Of a stretch of DNA of 63,112 nt, positions 48,480-59,980 are shown one piece after another. Numbering within the stretch: the stretch's first letter is position 1; the number at the start of each line of letters is the position of its first letter. The position numbers and the translations under genes were made by a program. Below the pieces are notes generated by a model. It ran no database searches and was not told the origin of the DNA. It saw nothing but the letters and a program-made list of their open reading frames with translations. The DNA comes from Salisapilia sapeloensis CBS 127946 (lineage: Eukaryota > Protista > Oomycota): positions 1 through 63,112 of the forward strand of contig JAADVB010000094.1 in assembly GCA_023334545.1 (NCBI GenBank). Reading direction: 5' to 3'.

Positions 48480-49586
48480 ATGGAGTCGACCGACGTAGGC
48501 GACTTCGGCCGGCTCTCGTCCCATGGCATCTTTGAAAGCTTCTACGAGAGCTCTGAGTACTACCAGGACGAGCAGGAGGACTTGGACCGTATCCAGGCCA
48601 ACCTGAACGCACTCACCGTCGAGCGAGAGAGCTTTGGTCACTCGACGTCCGACGTCGTGCACATGCTCCGGGCCGACTTGAAACCTGTCAACGCTGATAC
48701 GACAGACAGTAGCGATGAGGACATCAGTGCTGTCATTGAGCCTCATGAAAATGACGCGGAATGCCTGCTTTCCAATGCCCAAGAACGAAAGGAACAGACG
48801 CAGGAGACGGCCTCGTCTCCTCCGAGAATCCCTCCGCGAATGTATGAAAAGTACGCATCCTGTCTAGCTCGCATGTGGGATGCAGCAGATGCAACGAAGA
48901 TCCCAGTACGAGGACCTCACTACCTCGAAGACAGTAAGAAAGTCAAATCTGGTGCGTCCATGGGCCAGCTGTTACATGTGGATGCGTGGACCGCGCAGTC
49001 TCATGCCGATCGGCACCACATTGCATTGAAAGAGTTATCTCGAGAGTACAGTCTTATTCGCTACTATCGAGATTATTATCCAGACGACTTGATTTTCCTA
49101 CTGAACATCCAAATGCCAGACCCGAATAACACGAGCGCCGTTATCTACTGGCGTATTCCGAACCTCTTGTCGAAGACACATATCTATGAAGGCGATGAAA
49201 GTGGCGCCGGCCGTGTCTTGCGAAAGTTTTGCAAAGAGTCAACGGATGACGCATACCGGAACGACAGGTTTAAACTTGTGCCGAACTTTGTCAAAGCGCC
49301 GTGGGCGTTAAGGAAGTTTGTCCCGAGTCGACCGGCACTCACTGGACACAAGCTGACGCAACGATACTATCGTAGTCAGAATTATATGGAAGTCGATCTG
49401 GACGTGAGTTCCAGTGGTGTCGCACGCACCGTCGGATCGTTATGTATGCAAGGAGCAGCCCACCTGCAAGTGGAGCTGTTTCTGACGTTAGAAGGCAAGC
49501 GAGGGAACGAGTTGCCGGAACAAATATTCGGTGCAGTTGCCTTTTCAAAGCTGAACGTTGCATTGGCAGAACCGTTGCCGATGTGA
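48480..49586 (+). CDS. EDR2 C-terminal (DUF1336)-like domain protein
   Basis: RGPHYLEDSKKV, RNDRFKLVPNFVKAPWAL, NYMEVDLDVSSS, ELPEQIFG. Confidence 0.8.
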   Translation: MESTDVGDFGRLSSHGIFESFYESSEYYQDEQEDLDRIQANLNALTVERESFGHSTSDVVHMLRADLKPVNADTTDSSDEDISAVIEPHENDAECLLSNAQERKEQTQETASSPPRIPPRMYEKYASCLARMWDAADATKIPVRGPHYLEDSKKVKSGASMGQLLHVDAWTAQSHADRHHIALKELSREYSLIRYYRDYYPDDLIFLLNIQMPDPNNTSAVIYWRIPNLLSKTHIYEGDESGAGRVLRKFCKESTDDAYRNDRFKLVPNFVKAPWALRKFVPSRPALTGHKLTQRYYRSQNYMEVDLDVSSSGVARTVGSLCMQGAAHLQVELFLTLEGKRGNELPEQIFGAVAFSKLNVALAEPLPM

Positions 49587-49709
49587 TGGTAACATACATA
49601 AGTAGGAGTTTGCTTTATAAGCACGAAAACAAGTCAATATCATGGCAAAGTTGCAAGTATTTGATTGCGTCATTTAAGTGTCCGTACGCTTCCGTTGGCG
49701 ACGTTAACT

Positions 49710-51047
49710 CTAGTTGGCAATGGCAGCCGACGGGCATGCCGTCTTGGTTTCAAACGTCGCTTCTTCCGTCGTCTTGCCGTCGTCATCAATCGTTTCTAAA
49801 GCGTACAGCACCATGCGCTTTTCCCGTCGGAAACCTGCGTCTGGGTTCTCATGCTCAAACTGTTGGACGAACGGAATCAGCTTGTTCTTGTTTCTTGAAA
49901 GGATGTGGACGATGCCGGGTGATTTGCGTGGGTTCACGACAAAGATCTTGAAAATATTAAAGGCATCCCGGCGTACGGCTTGGCTCTGTTCTCGGAGGAG
50001 CAACATGACTTGCTTCAAGTATGGACGACTAGCAAGATATTTTTCCGTTGCACTATAGTTACTCGGGTCCATGAGAAGCTCCACGAGTAATGCAAGAGCT
50101 TGCCGCTTGATAACATAGTTGCTCTTGACGAGCAACTGGTTCAAACAGGTGAAAATGCGGTCGGAATGCTTTTCAAAGATGGGTACAGTCACATCTCGGT
50201 GATCGAGCAGAAGACGCTGAATGTTTCGAAAAGCACCGCCTGCAATCTCAAAGTTGGCATTGGAGATCGCGACACGTACGAGCTTTTCAAAGTCCGATGG
50301 GCACGTGTCGAGGTAGCAGGCAGCTACACTCGAATGCTTTAGACAGTCACCGAGCATGGTGTCACTGACGAGAGCCGTGGACGGGTCTGCGTAACCTTTC
50401 GTCAGATTGGAAAGAACTGCTGTTTTATCTGCTAACGATGTGGCAAAGCCATCACGGTCGGGGAGGACCATGGCCGAAAATATATGGCTCACCGACTTGC
50501 GCGTCTCGAAGTCCAGGCGAGCGAGGACATGAGGTCGTGTAGTTACCTCCAATGTTTCGTAATGCCGTAGTAATTTTGCCAGGCGGTCTTGCTGGTCTTC
50601 TACATCGGAAGGTTCCTCGTTTAACGGGTAAAAGATGCGCCGAAAAGTGCACCATGCTTGATCGACGGTCGTACCGTCTTTCGAGTCCGTATCACTTTCT
50701 TCTAGGGAAAGTTTCTGAAGTATAAGATCACTGCCATCGCTATCCGAAGTTGGTAACGGATGAACATCGTTCACGGATGCTAGCTGCCTACTATGAGCGT
50801 CCACGATGCGAACGAGCTCCTCGAGCGGCGTGTCACATGCTGGATTCACGTCGTCCATTGCTTCCACGTGACTAGAACTCGATCGAAGAAGACTTGAACT
50901 GTGCACAAGCTGACGATGTATTGACAAGACCGCTGAACACACTAGCACTTCGGCTGACGGGTGCAAATTGCGAAATGAGTCTTGCCTGCTAAGTCGTCTC
51001 TTGTCATGGCGTCGTTGGCGCCCTTCCAAGATACACGCCCCTTCCAT
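49710..51047 (-). CDS. MO25/Cab39-like scaffold protein, divergent; start probably MDDVNP near 50858
   Basis: RLDFETRKSVSHIF, ANFEIAGGAF, NYVIKRQALALLVELL, LKQVMLLLR..QAVRRDAFNIFKIFVVNPRK, ILSRNKNKL. Confidence 0.85.
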   Translation of the reverse strand: MEGACILEGRQRRHDKRRLSRQDSFRNLHPSAEVLVCSAVLSIHRQLVHSSSLLRSSSSHVEAMDDVNPACDTPLEELVRIVDAHSRQLASVNDVHPLPTSDSDGSDLILQKLSLEESDTDSKDGTTVDQAWCTFRRIFYPLNEEPSDVEDQQDRLAKLLRHYETLEVTTRPHVLARLDFETRKSVSHIFSAMVLPDRDGFATSLADKTAVLSNLTKGYADPSTALVSDTMLGDCLKHSSVAACYLDTCPSDFEKLVRVAISNANFEIAGGAFRNIQRLLLDHRDVTVPIFEKHSDRIFTCLNQLLVKSNYVIKRQALALLVELLMDPSNYSATEKYLASRPYLKQVMLLLREQSQAVRRDAFNIFKIFVVNPRKSPGIVHILSRNKNKLIPFVQQFEHENPDAGFRREKRMVLYALETIDDDGKTTEEATFETKTACPSAAIAN

Positions 51048-51194
51048 TTTATACGCAACAAACTATTTAAACCTCAAAATTGAATGAAACCGTTCTTATA
51101 ATCTGATACCAAATTGCAGCTTCGCATGCAGACTTTACTTGAAGTGCTCGGAGGATCGCGAGATTTCCATCATGAAGCAAGCAATACTCGCACC

Positions 51195-52636
51195 ATGCAT
51201 GCTCTCGCAAAGCACTACTTCTATGCTCGCCCAAAGGTTCCTATTTACGTCACGATCCACCTTTCGAATCGACTTTTGATCTGGGTGGAACTGACGTCAG
51301 AAGATGTGCCTGACGCACGCCATTAATGTGATTATTTGTCTTCCATAGCCACGCCAATGCGCTCCAGAAAGTGGTACTAGAGTACGTATGGCTCGCACAG
51401 CGCTTGTCACCGGAAGCCGGTAGCACTGGTACTCGACTTCTCTTCTCGTTTACCATAGTGCGTGCGCAGCAATCGACACCACCGCCGCGTCCGATTGCCA
51501 TAAGTGCTACCAACGACCATCTTCTTCGTGATCTCGAGGATCAAATTGCAGCTGCTGCAAAGCCAGAGCTTGCGACTTTAACTCCTGCCGAAGAAGAGGC
51601 GAAAGTCGCAGCGGAAGTAACCAAGACGCTGCAGCTCTTACCAAAAGACATGCACGTCATCATACTAGCTCCAGCTAGTTTCATTCCTATTTCTACTGAC
51701 GACAAACTCCCTCTTGCATTAAAACGACACCCAAAAGTCGAATTCGTTCTACTACATCACTACAATGAGCATGCACCGAGTGCAACAACTCAATGTCAGC
51801 AACTAGCAAAAGTCACGGAACGGATGGAACACGTTCGTATCCGTGAGGTGGAACGTGACGTCATGGATTTGCGTATACTAGCGGTATTCTACTTTCTACC
51901 AGCCTACTTCGACATTTTATCTAGTAAAGACACATTAGAAAGAGTGGCTGTACCTTGCTGCTCCATGCATTCCTTCCTCTGTCTACGTTCCGACTAAGAA
52001 TGGAAGCTACATGCAGCTATTCATGTGGCAAATTCGGCAAAACTTTGCCATCCAAGTACCTGATAGCCTTCCAAAAGAAGTCATAGGTGCCATGTCATTC
52101 CTACATTCTGGACTGCAGCAGTTGCAAGTGAAGAGCATAGTGCCGTTGCGTACGGTTCACCCAGCAATGATCCTCGGTTGTCCTCTGCATGCCACTCTTC
52201 CCATCGAAAGTGACATGTCGGATAACAATGGCAAAGCAGCAGCGTTCCTCCATTCCCTTCAAACCGAAAGCCTCGGAGCTGTCCTCTCGTGTCAGCACAA
52301 GGTACGCTCTTCAATGCCTCTGCTATCGTCTCAGTACATGACACACACCTACAGAAAACAAATCAATACTACCTCCTGACCAGTCCAGCATCCGATCAAG
52401 ACATCCTTCTCTATCGCTTAGCATCGTCCGAAGAGTTCCTCCTACCTACGTCTACGACTGCTCCAGCCATTTCTCCTCAACTACAAGACGAAGTCGATGC
52501 GTGCATCCAACACATTCCGCACCAAGCATTCAATCCCTTCCACCTCTCCTCTAACATCATCTCGACCAACCTCGAGAAACCATCTACTCATCCACCTGGA
52601 CGTCGCAAAAGCACAAAACGCAAGAGACTTCTTTAA
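51195..52636 (+). CDS. Putative M1AP (meiosis 1 arrest protein)-like protein, multi-exon
   Basis: ORFs 51371, 52011 and 52289 join through short introns. Blocks ALQKVVLEYVWLAQRL..LLFSFTIV, LQVKSIV..ILGCP, YYLL..ILLYRLASSEEFLLP and AFNPFHLSSN resemble recalled M1AP blocks. First exon tentative. Confidence 0.55.
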
Positions 52637-52669
52637 TTTGCAATCCAAGACCTTTTCTTATTGACATGC

Positions 52670-54001
52670 TTACACCGTCACCATTCGCTTTCGATTCGGG
52701 AACTTTTGTAACTTATGACTACGATCTTCCAAACGTCCCTTTTGTCTCTCGACAAAGTGGCGCTGCGTACGAGCTTCCTTGGCTGTCACGTTATCCGCAA
52801 TGTTCTACACATACATGATGAGTACCTCTACTAGATGAATGATAAGATCGAGACGTACGTTTCGGCGACGCAAAAAGTTCGCTACGAATGCAGTGGATAG
52901 TTGCTGGCAGTCCTCTGGGGCGACACCAGCAGCTCGGTAGGTAAGTAAAAGCTTCTCCTTGGTAGCTGCCTGGACAGACTCCCGGTCATCCGTTGGACGG
53001 AAGCGCTGCTTGTAGTACCGACGGAACTCTCGTCGGCCGAGTCGACGACCATTTGGAAGCACCAGCTCTCCCGTCTCAGACACGGCAATCTCCTTTGGTT
53101 CCACTTGCTCCTGCTCTTCTTCCTCTTCCTCCTCTTCCACTTCATCATCGGAATGGATACTCGCTTCACTATCTGTCTCCCACTCGACCTCTTGCTTTGG
53201 CGAGTAATCATAAAAGTCCATAAGTTCATCAATCTCGTCTTGCGTCTCATACGGCAGCTTGCAATGATTCGCATCACGCATATGCTTTTGAACGTCCTGG
53301 TACGACGTAAAGTTCTTACTCTTCTCGTCACAGTACAAACACAAGTGCCCGATCTTTACTTTTTCACTCAAGTACCCAATCAGACCTGACAAGTCTTCGA
53401 GGAACTCGACGTCGGGTAGGAAGAATCCATGCTCCTTAAGCATGTGCTCCAAGGAAGTGTCTAAACTACTTGCTTTATGGCTGCAGAAGATGCAGTCGAC
53501 GTCATCGAGAGGGAGGATCTGTCTGTACTCTTCCAAAGACTTGGCCATATCTTCCTGATCCTCCTTCTCTGGTTTAGTGAGCGATTTGGAAATCGTCTGA
53601 GAAGCATCCTCGCCATGCTTCTTCACCTGCGCTTTGTGTTTTTTCGATACGATATGATTCTCATACGCATTTGTCGTGGAAAACTGCTTATTACAAGCCA
53701 CGCATTTCGTCAAAGTCTTCAAGCCTTGCTGTTCCTGCTCTTCACGTTGCATACGTTGCTTTTGCTTCCGGTCTTGCAACGCTTCTTGACGAGCTTTGTC
53801 CACTGCTTGTGCTGTCCGAGCATTGTACTGCTCTAGCGATACTGGAGGCAAGTTAACGACCTTACGCTTCAGATTGTATCGATGCCAGTCCGAGCGAAAG
53901 TGCTCCTTCTGATCGCTCGGACTGTGGAAGAGCTCGCGGCATGCCGTGCAGCTTAGCGTCATACCTGTCGCTTTTGGTTGGTCTGTTGATTGTGTCTCCA
54001 C
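52670..54001 (-). CDS. REI1: REI1/ZNF622 pre-60S maturation factor, one 3' intron
   Basis: CTAC..QKEHFRSDWHRYNLKRK, CVAC..HIVSKKH, CIFC..HMLKEHGFFLP, GHLCLYC, GRREFRRYYKQ; last exon ends at the TAA at 52670. Confidence 0.92.
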
Positions 54002-54128
54002 TCGATTCCTTATACTTTCTTTTACTATGTACTATTTGAACGACAATCTATCAACTTTATAATTAAGGTTGCACTAAACGACTCGGAAAAGCATACAACG
54101 CCATCAGATACCCAACAACTAGTACGAC

Positions 54129-55652
54129 ATGCTTCGAGCGATCCAGCGACTTGCGCCGGCTTCTTGTAGCCGCCGCGGTCTCTTTGCGGCCTCTTCGACT
54201 AGATTTTCGACGACACCGCAACGGTTGGACTATGATACCTGGAATGACCAGGATCTAAAGCACTTCCAAGACGTGCTTGGTGCCGAACGCGTTTTGCGCA
54301 ATCGGGACGACACGGACCCGTTCACGATCGACTGGTTGCAAAAGTACAAGCCTTCCGAGTCGGAACGTGAAAAGTCCCTCGTGCTCAAACCTCGGACGAC
54401 GGAACAGCTTTCGGCTATTCTTCGTCATTGCAACGAACGGAAATTAGCTGTCGTCCCGCAAGGTGGTAACACTGGACTTGTCGGTGGAAGTGTGCCTTTG
54501 CATGATGAAATTGTGATTTCAACGAGCTTGATGAACAACATCGAGTCTTTTGATCCTGTCTCTGGTGTCCTCGTATGTGAAGCTGGATGTATTTTGGAGA
54601 ACTTGGACTCGTACTTGGGCAAGCAAGATTATATGATGCCACTAGATCTTGGTGCTAAAGGCACATGTCAGATTGGAGGCAACGTTTCATCCAATGCAGG
54701 CGGTCTACGATTACTACGCTACGGCTCTTTGCATGGCTCTGTACTAGGCGTTGAAGCCGTTTTGGCAGACGGAACGATCCTCGACTGCCTCAGCACCCTC
54801 CGAAAGGACAACACTGGGTACGATCTAAAGCAGCTTTTCATCGGATCTGAAGGCACATTGGGCTTTGTGACAAAGGTGTCTATTTTGACCCCACCTCGTC
54901 CGAGCTCTGTTAATGTTGCTCTTCTCGGGTGCGAAAGCTTCGAAGCTGTTCAGAGCAACTACGTCACGGCCAAGAAGCACCTGGGAGAAGTACTCTCAGC
55001 AGTCGAGTTCCTGGACAGACCTTCCCTTGACATGGTACTCAGTCGTCCAGAGATTGGCGCAAAGGACCCTCTAGATGGATCTTGCCCCTTTTACATGCTC
55101 ATTGAAACGTCGGGCAGTAATGAATCGCACGACATGGAGAAACTTGAAGGTTACCTCGAAACGGTAATGGGATCCGGAGACGTCGTGGACGGTGCAGTTG
55201 CCCAGGACTTTGAACAGGCACGCAAGCTGTTCCAATTGCGTGAAGACATTACCTTGGCGCTGAGTGCCACTGGCTATGTGTACAAGTACGACATCTCGTT
55301 GCCTATGAGTGAGTATTACAAAGTAGCCGAAGAGATGAGGACGCGGTTGGAGCCTTTGGGTGCTCAAGTCTTTGCCTATGGACATGTGGGGGATTGCAAC
55401 GTCCATTTGAACATTTTGACGCCAGAGTATGATCAAAAGGTGTTTGACGCGATCGAACCGTACGTCTTCGAGTGGACGGCTGAGCGCAATGGAAGCATCA
55501 GTGCAGAGCACGGTGTTGGGTCCCACAAGCCAGAGTACTTGCACCTGGCGAAATCGCCGAGCGCCATCAAGCTCATGCATCAGATGAAGCGGATGATGGA
55601 TCCGAACAACATTTTGAACCCATACAAAGTGCTACCGCCTGAAAACGAATAA
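54129..55652 (+). CDS. D2HGDH: D-2-hydroxyglutarate dehydrogenase (FAD-linked oxidase), mitochondrial
   Basis: PQGGNTGLVGGSVP, CEAGCILENL, PLDLGAKGTCQIGGNVSSNAGG, LRKDNTGYDLKQLFIGSEGTLG, GHVGDCNVH, GSISAEHGVG, NPYKVLP. Confidence 0.95.
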   Translation: MLRAIQRLAPASCSRRGLFAASSTRFSTTPQRLDYDTWNDQDLKHFQDVLGAERVLRNRDDTDPFTIDWLQKYKPSESEREKSLVLKPRTTEQLSAILRHCNERKLAVVPQGGNTGLVGGSVPLHDEIVISTSLMNNIESFDPVSGVLVCEAGCILENLDSYLGKQDYMMPLDLGAKGTCQIGGNVSSNAGGLRLLRYGSLHGSVLGVEAVLADGTILDCLSTLRKDNTGYDLKQLFIGSEGTLGFVTKVSILTPPRPSSVNVALLGCESFEAVQSNYVTAKKHLGEVLSAVEFLDRPSLDMVLSRPEIGAKDPLDGSCPFYMLIETSGSNESHDMEKLEGYLETVMGSGDVVDGAVAQDFEQARKLFQLREDITLALSATGYVYKYDISLPMSEYYKVAEEMRTRLEPLGAQVFAYGHVGDCNVHLNILTPEYDQKVFDAIEPYVFEWTAERNGSISAEHGVGSHKPEYLHLAKSPSAIKLMHQMKRMMDPNNILNPYKVLPPENE

Positions 55653-55766
55653 ATCATTCTTTTCTTTGGAAACTCAGATCTGAGTATTGCTTATTATCTC
55701 TACCAAGTAGATGAGAGTCGTAAAGATGGAAAGGAGATATATTACGCATGTTTATAAAGAAGACGA

Positions 55767-56594
55767 TCAGTCTGACCGAAGGATGAGGTAGTATGTGACC
55801 ATGACGAGGAAGAAGAGCAGAGTTCCGGCCAAAATCGAAAACAGCATGTTCCGATGGCGACGGCGCCTCCGCTCGTCCACCTCCTTCTGGAGGAAGACAG
55901 CAGGCGTCAAGGCCAAGTCCGGGCGAGAGAGGTACAGTTCTGCCTTCTCCTCAATGGTCAGCCTTCGTGGTTGACACCTGCCGACGCACTCTTGGCCTTT
56001 ATAGCAATTGCGACGGAGACATCCGCCGACCGGGTGGTCATCTGCTTCCAAGTCCAGCATAAATCCGACCGAATTTTGTTTACGCAGGCTTGGTGGACCA
56101 GAATTATCGCTGTCGGACCTGACGCGAAGGATGGATGGAAGCGAACACGAGGACGATGCTCGGGTGGTGCGCGAGTTGGTTCCGTCACTTTCGCTATCTG
56201 TATCGCTTTGGTTCGAACCGTTGTCGCTTTGCTCCGGTCCATCTCCTTTCCCGATTCGACCTAGCACTCGCTTCATGAGCGACTCGGGACTCGAGCTGGA
56301 GTCAAAGATGCTGCCGTAGGATGCATCGTCTAACCGCCGGCGCTGGAATGTCTTATACGATTCTTTTTTCGCAATCGAGTACTTTTGTTGGAGGTTTGTT
56401 TTCGGCTTGAGCATAATGGGAAAGCCGGATAGACCGTAGGACGGTGCGCTGACGCGTCCATTGACATCATGGAGGTAGAGGCTGGAGCTGTTCGGGAGGA
56501 GAGGGGACTTCTCGTGCGAACAGTAGTCTCCATCGACGCTTCCAGTCATTTTTGTCGCTGCCGGGAAAAACTTTTTTAGCTCTGAAAGGTCCAA
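55767..56594 (-). CDS. Uncharacterised tail-anchored membrane protein
   Basis: 275 aa Ser-rich ORF ending in a basic stretch followed by a hydrophobic helix (RRRRHRNMLFSILAGTLLFFLVMVTYYLIL). Confidence 0.7.
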   Translation of the reverse strand: MDLSELKKFFPAATKMTGSVDGDYCSHEKSPLLPNSSSLYLHDVNGRVSAPSYGLSGFPIMLKPKTNLQQKYSIAKKESYKTFQRRRLDDASYGSIFDSSSSPESLMKRVLGRIGKGDGPEQSDNGSNQSDTDSESDGTNSRTTRASSSCSLPSILRVRSDSDNSGPPSLRKQNSVGFMLDLEADDHPVGGCLRRNCYKGQECVGRCQPRRLTIEEKAELYLSRPDLALTPAVFLQKEVDERRRRRHRNMLFSILAGTLLFFLVMVTYYLILRSD

Positions 56595-59578
56595 ATAAAA
56601 GTGGGAAGGTGGAAAGCGCAGAAAGATCGCATTTCTGGTCTTGCTTTCGCAACTGATATCAGTGGTAGGCTGTCAGGAATCAAGCGAGGGGGACGGCAGA
56701 CGAGACGTGGACGCACCCTCAAGTCGCAACACCGTTAGAGAGGTTGCTTGGTGCCCAACGGCTCGCTACCGGTCCATCGTTATAAGCGTTACCGTAGGAG
56801 GGTCTCTTAGACCCGTGGGCTCAGGGCGGTGGATGCAAGTCGATGGCGCGATCCTCTTTTTCTAAAGTTCAACCAACATCTTCTGGGATTGTTTTCAATT
56901 TACAGCTTGATCAAAAACTTCAAGAAGTGGAAATTGACTTGGAAACAGCTCGGCAGAGGCTACCTGCATGTCACTGTCGAGCAGCTATTTTCGGCAACCG
57001 AATGGAAACCCCAGCGACTCCGCACAAAGACTTGCGGCACATAGGCTTGGAAACGCAAGAACGGAGTGGGCATCACTGTGCGCATGAGCTATGATAGATA
57101 GCAAGATGTCGTAGATTAGGGATGCTGGCCGGATGTTAAACTTCATACTCAAACGGTTGGCTTCAATGAGAGATGATAGACATGTTTTCCATCGCTGTCT
57201 ACCGCTATCTACTGCTTGTCTATGACTGCTAACTCTCAGCTTAGATGTCTTAGAGTATTAAAAACTGGAAATCGAGTGTACCACCGGCAAGCAATCGTAG
57301 TGATGGAAACTTTGTGTTTCGTGCAATTTTACTGGGCCGAATGTCAAACATCGTTACTATTATAAACATGGCATTCTGTGGAATACGCTTAGACTACAGT
57401 GGCACACCGACTGGAATAACTTCATGCTTTTGGACCGCATGCAGGTCGATTTCATATGTGAGTGCTGGATTTCAATCAGTTGCTAACATTGCATCACCCG
57501 TATCTTATCTAAAATCTTAAATGCCGATGATTGTAGCTAACCAGAATGGCTACATGAACGTAGCTGTATGTAAATAGCGTAAGCAATTTGATCTTGCAGA
57601 GCAATCCCCCGCTAGAGTATGGTCAATACCATTGAAGAGGAGTGTAAATAGTATTATATTAAAATGTTTATTCGATCTGCGCATGGAAGAGATCCGTGGA
57701 TATGTTCGTGTGTCTGAACAAGGAATAAGATTTCCGAACATAGTCGACGCTCAAGCTAAACTGTGCTTTCAATAGCAGCACTTTGGCACGTTTTAAGGCA
57801 GGAATGCGATGTTTAAAAGCTAAGAAAGTACAGTCTCTGCAAGCATATGCAAACCTTTAGAATCATATCGATTTGTTGGACTTTTGTTTCTCAACTAGTA
57901 TGTCCGCTAGAGTGAACGCTAGGACAAAGATATGCGTAGATTTACAGGGACGCAGGATAAGAAGACATGATCAAGGGTACAAGGAAGGATAAAATCTGCC
58001 TCTATTCATCTTGCGCCATGTCCTTCCGAGTTTAAAATGAAGATTAACTTTAGTGTGTATGAGGAGGCAATATAATCGAGCATCACGCAGTATATAATTG
58101 ATCGATAGGAAGAAGGAAATAAATAACTTATCATCTGAAAAATGTGCGTCACAAATAGCAGGTACACAGAGCCAAAGTATATCATCGAGCACAATGTTCC
58201 CTAGGTACAACTAGAATTTTTTTGCTCTTTAAACCCTTTGATGTGAACGTCCAAGTGAGATTTGCTTGTATACTCTCAACTAAAGTCTGACTTGCACTCG
58301 AATGGACTTAAAGGCAATAAGTTACCGCCGGATCTGATCATGTGGTCTGAGTGCCAAATGTTGAAGTAGCATTGAAGCCAAGTTGAAGTCGTGATATTCT
58401 TGTCACGTGCCAAAATCCATAAGCATTCTAAAGTCTCTAACGGATAGAACCAGAAAACTAATTACTTTGCTTTATGGTCAAGCTTTGGGCTATCTACCAC
58501 CATCAATGTGGAGAAAACGGAAGAAACTATGAGCAAGCTGAAGAAGTAGCTTGTGTTCTAGCTAAGGTTCTGCCCTAGCTATACTAGTCGTTTCAGCCAC
58601 ATTTACTGCAAAAGATCGTGGATGAAAACGTGCAGTCATGAGCTGTATAAATTCGCCAGTTTTTAAAACGGCTCAAAAATCTTACGCCAAAATTCTGAAG
58701 TTACTGCACAGCCTGCGCAGTTAATGGAACGTCAGTAGTGATACACACTCAAGAGCATAACTAAGAGTGACAGCTACGTACCATCTCTTCGCTGTTAGTC
58801 CCTTCATGAGCATGACTATATTAACAAGAAAGAGATGCAAGTCGATGCATAGTGGTCAAAACTTCAACAATTGTCGGATCTAAGTTCGGAGTATAGCTAG
58901 TTTCGTGCATTGTAAAGTATCTACGTATTAATTCATGCACCTAGTAATGAAAGTATCAAGTCAATGATCAAGTTGTACTACCTAGCTGGCATACTAGTGT
59001 GGCTTGCTTACATTAGCTTGGATTGTATAATCAAGTATAGTAAATGTGTGAACAGAGCTATGGCCTATTTTAATGCCGATGTAATACAGCAGATTGAGTA
59101 ATACTTAAATTGGTAGAAGCGTTGCTTGAGTACCACTCTCCCAGATATCTAGCCACTCATCGCTTAGAAGCTTCAATTTAAAATGGAAGAAATAGATCAG
59201 CATGCACTTCAACGTCAACGTCGCCTCTACATCTCTTCCCGGATCAGGTCAGGTTTTCGCGGGATTCCTTCTCCCAGCGAAAGGGTCGCGGTAGACTGCA
59301 TCATCTTCGATTGTTGGAAGAGTTAGACAGAGTACTAAGTCGAATGTAGACTCCAACTGCGCATATAGCATGGCTTGAAATTATTCTAAAGAAAATAGCA
59401 AGACAAGATACTTCTCATATAAAACATAATTATATGTAGATTATATCGGGTGTAACACATCTTCACTCGTACGCTCCTCTCGGCACCATACACGGTCTTA
59501 TACACTCGCGACCTACTATGCACTTGTCTTTGTACGATTCCATGCATCTCTGTGAACATGGTCATTCATACCACGCAC

Positions 59579-59980
59579 TCAAACGTCTTCTGGTTCTTCC
59601 GAAATGCTAGGCAGCTGACGCTTTCGTCGTCGAAACTTGGCGACAATCCACATGCGTCGAGTCATGGTAACTTTCTTTCCACCGACACGCTCCGTTCGCT
59701 GGCCGACAATGTCGAGGTCAGGCGGAATGTCCACTGGTGCGATCGTCTGGTAGTCCATGAGAAGGAGGTTGAATTTGTAAAACTTTTCTTTGCATCTCTT
59801 TCGGATTCGTCGCTTCAGAGCGACAGCTTCCGCCCAGAGCAAACTGGCAGCAGGCGTGGTAACCACCTTGACCGGTTGCACAACAGCGCTGTCAGTGGCA
59901 CCTTTGGAGACCTTGGCATTGCTCTTGGTTTCCTTGGTTTCCACCGACCGAAACGGCCGAATCCTGCTAAGAAGCGGCAT
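59579..59980 (-). CDS. Small basic hypothetical protein
   Basis: 133 aa ATG-initiated ORF in a GC-richer patch than its flanks; no recognisable family. Confidence 0.5.
   Translation of the reverse strand: MPLLSRIRPFRSVETKETKSNAKVSKGATDSAVVQPVKVVTTPAASLLWAEAVALKRRIRKRCKEKFYKFNLLLMDYQTIAPVDIPPDLDIVGQRTERVGGKKVTMTRRMWIVAKFRRRKRQLPSISEEPEDV

Noticed and set aside
58201-58985. Imperfect inverted repeat CTAGGTACAACT / AGTTGTACTACCTAG as MITE termini
   Set aside because: Short, gapped, with no target-site duplication found; compatible with chance.
59183-59390. Two helical-looking short frames (MEEIDQHALQRQRR.. and ..LRLLEELDRVLSRM)
   Set aside because: They are in different frames and no plausible intron joins them.
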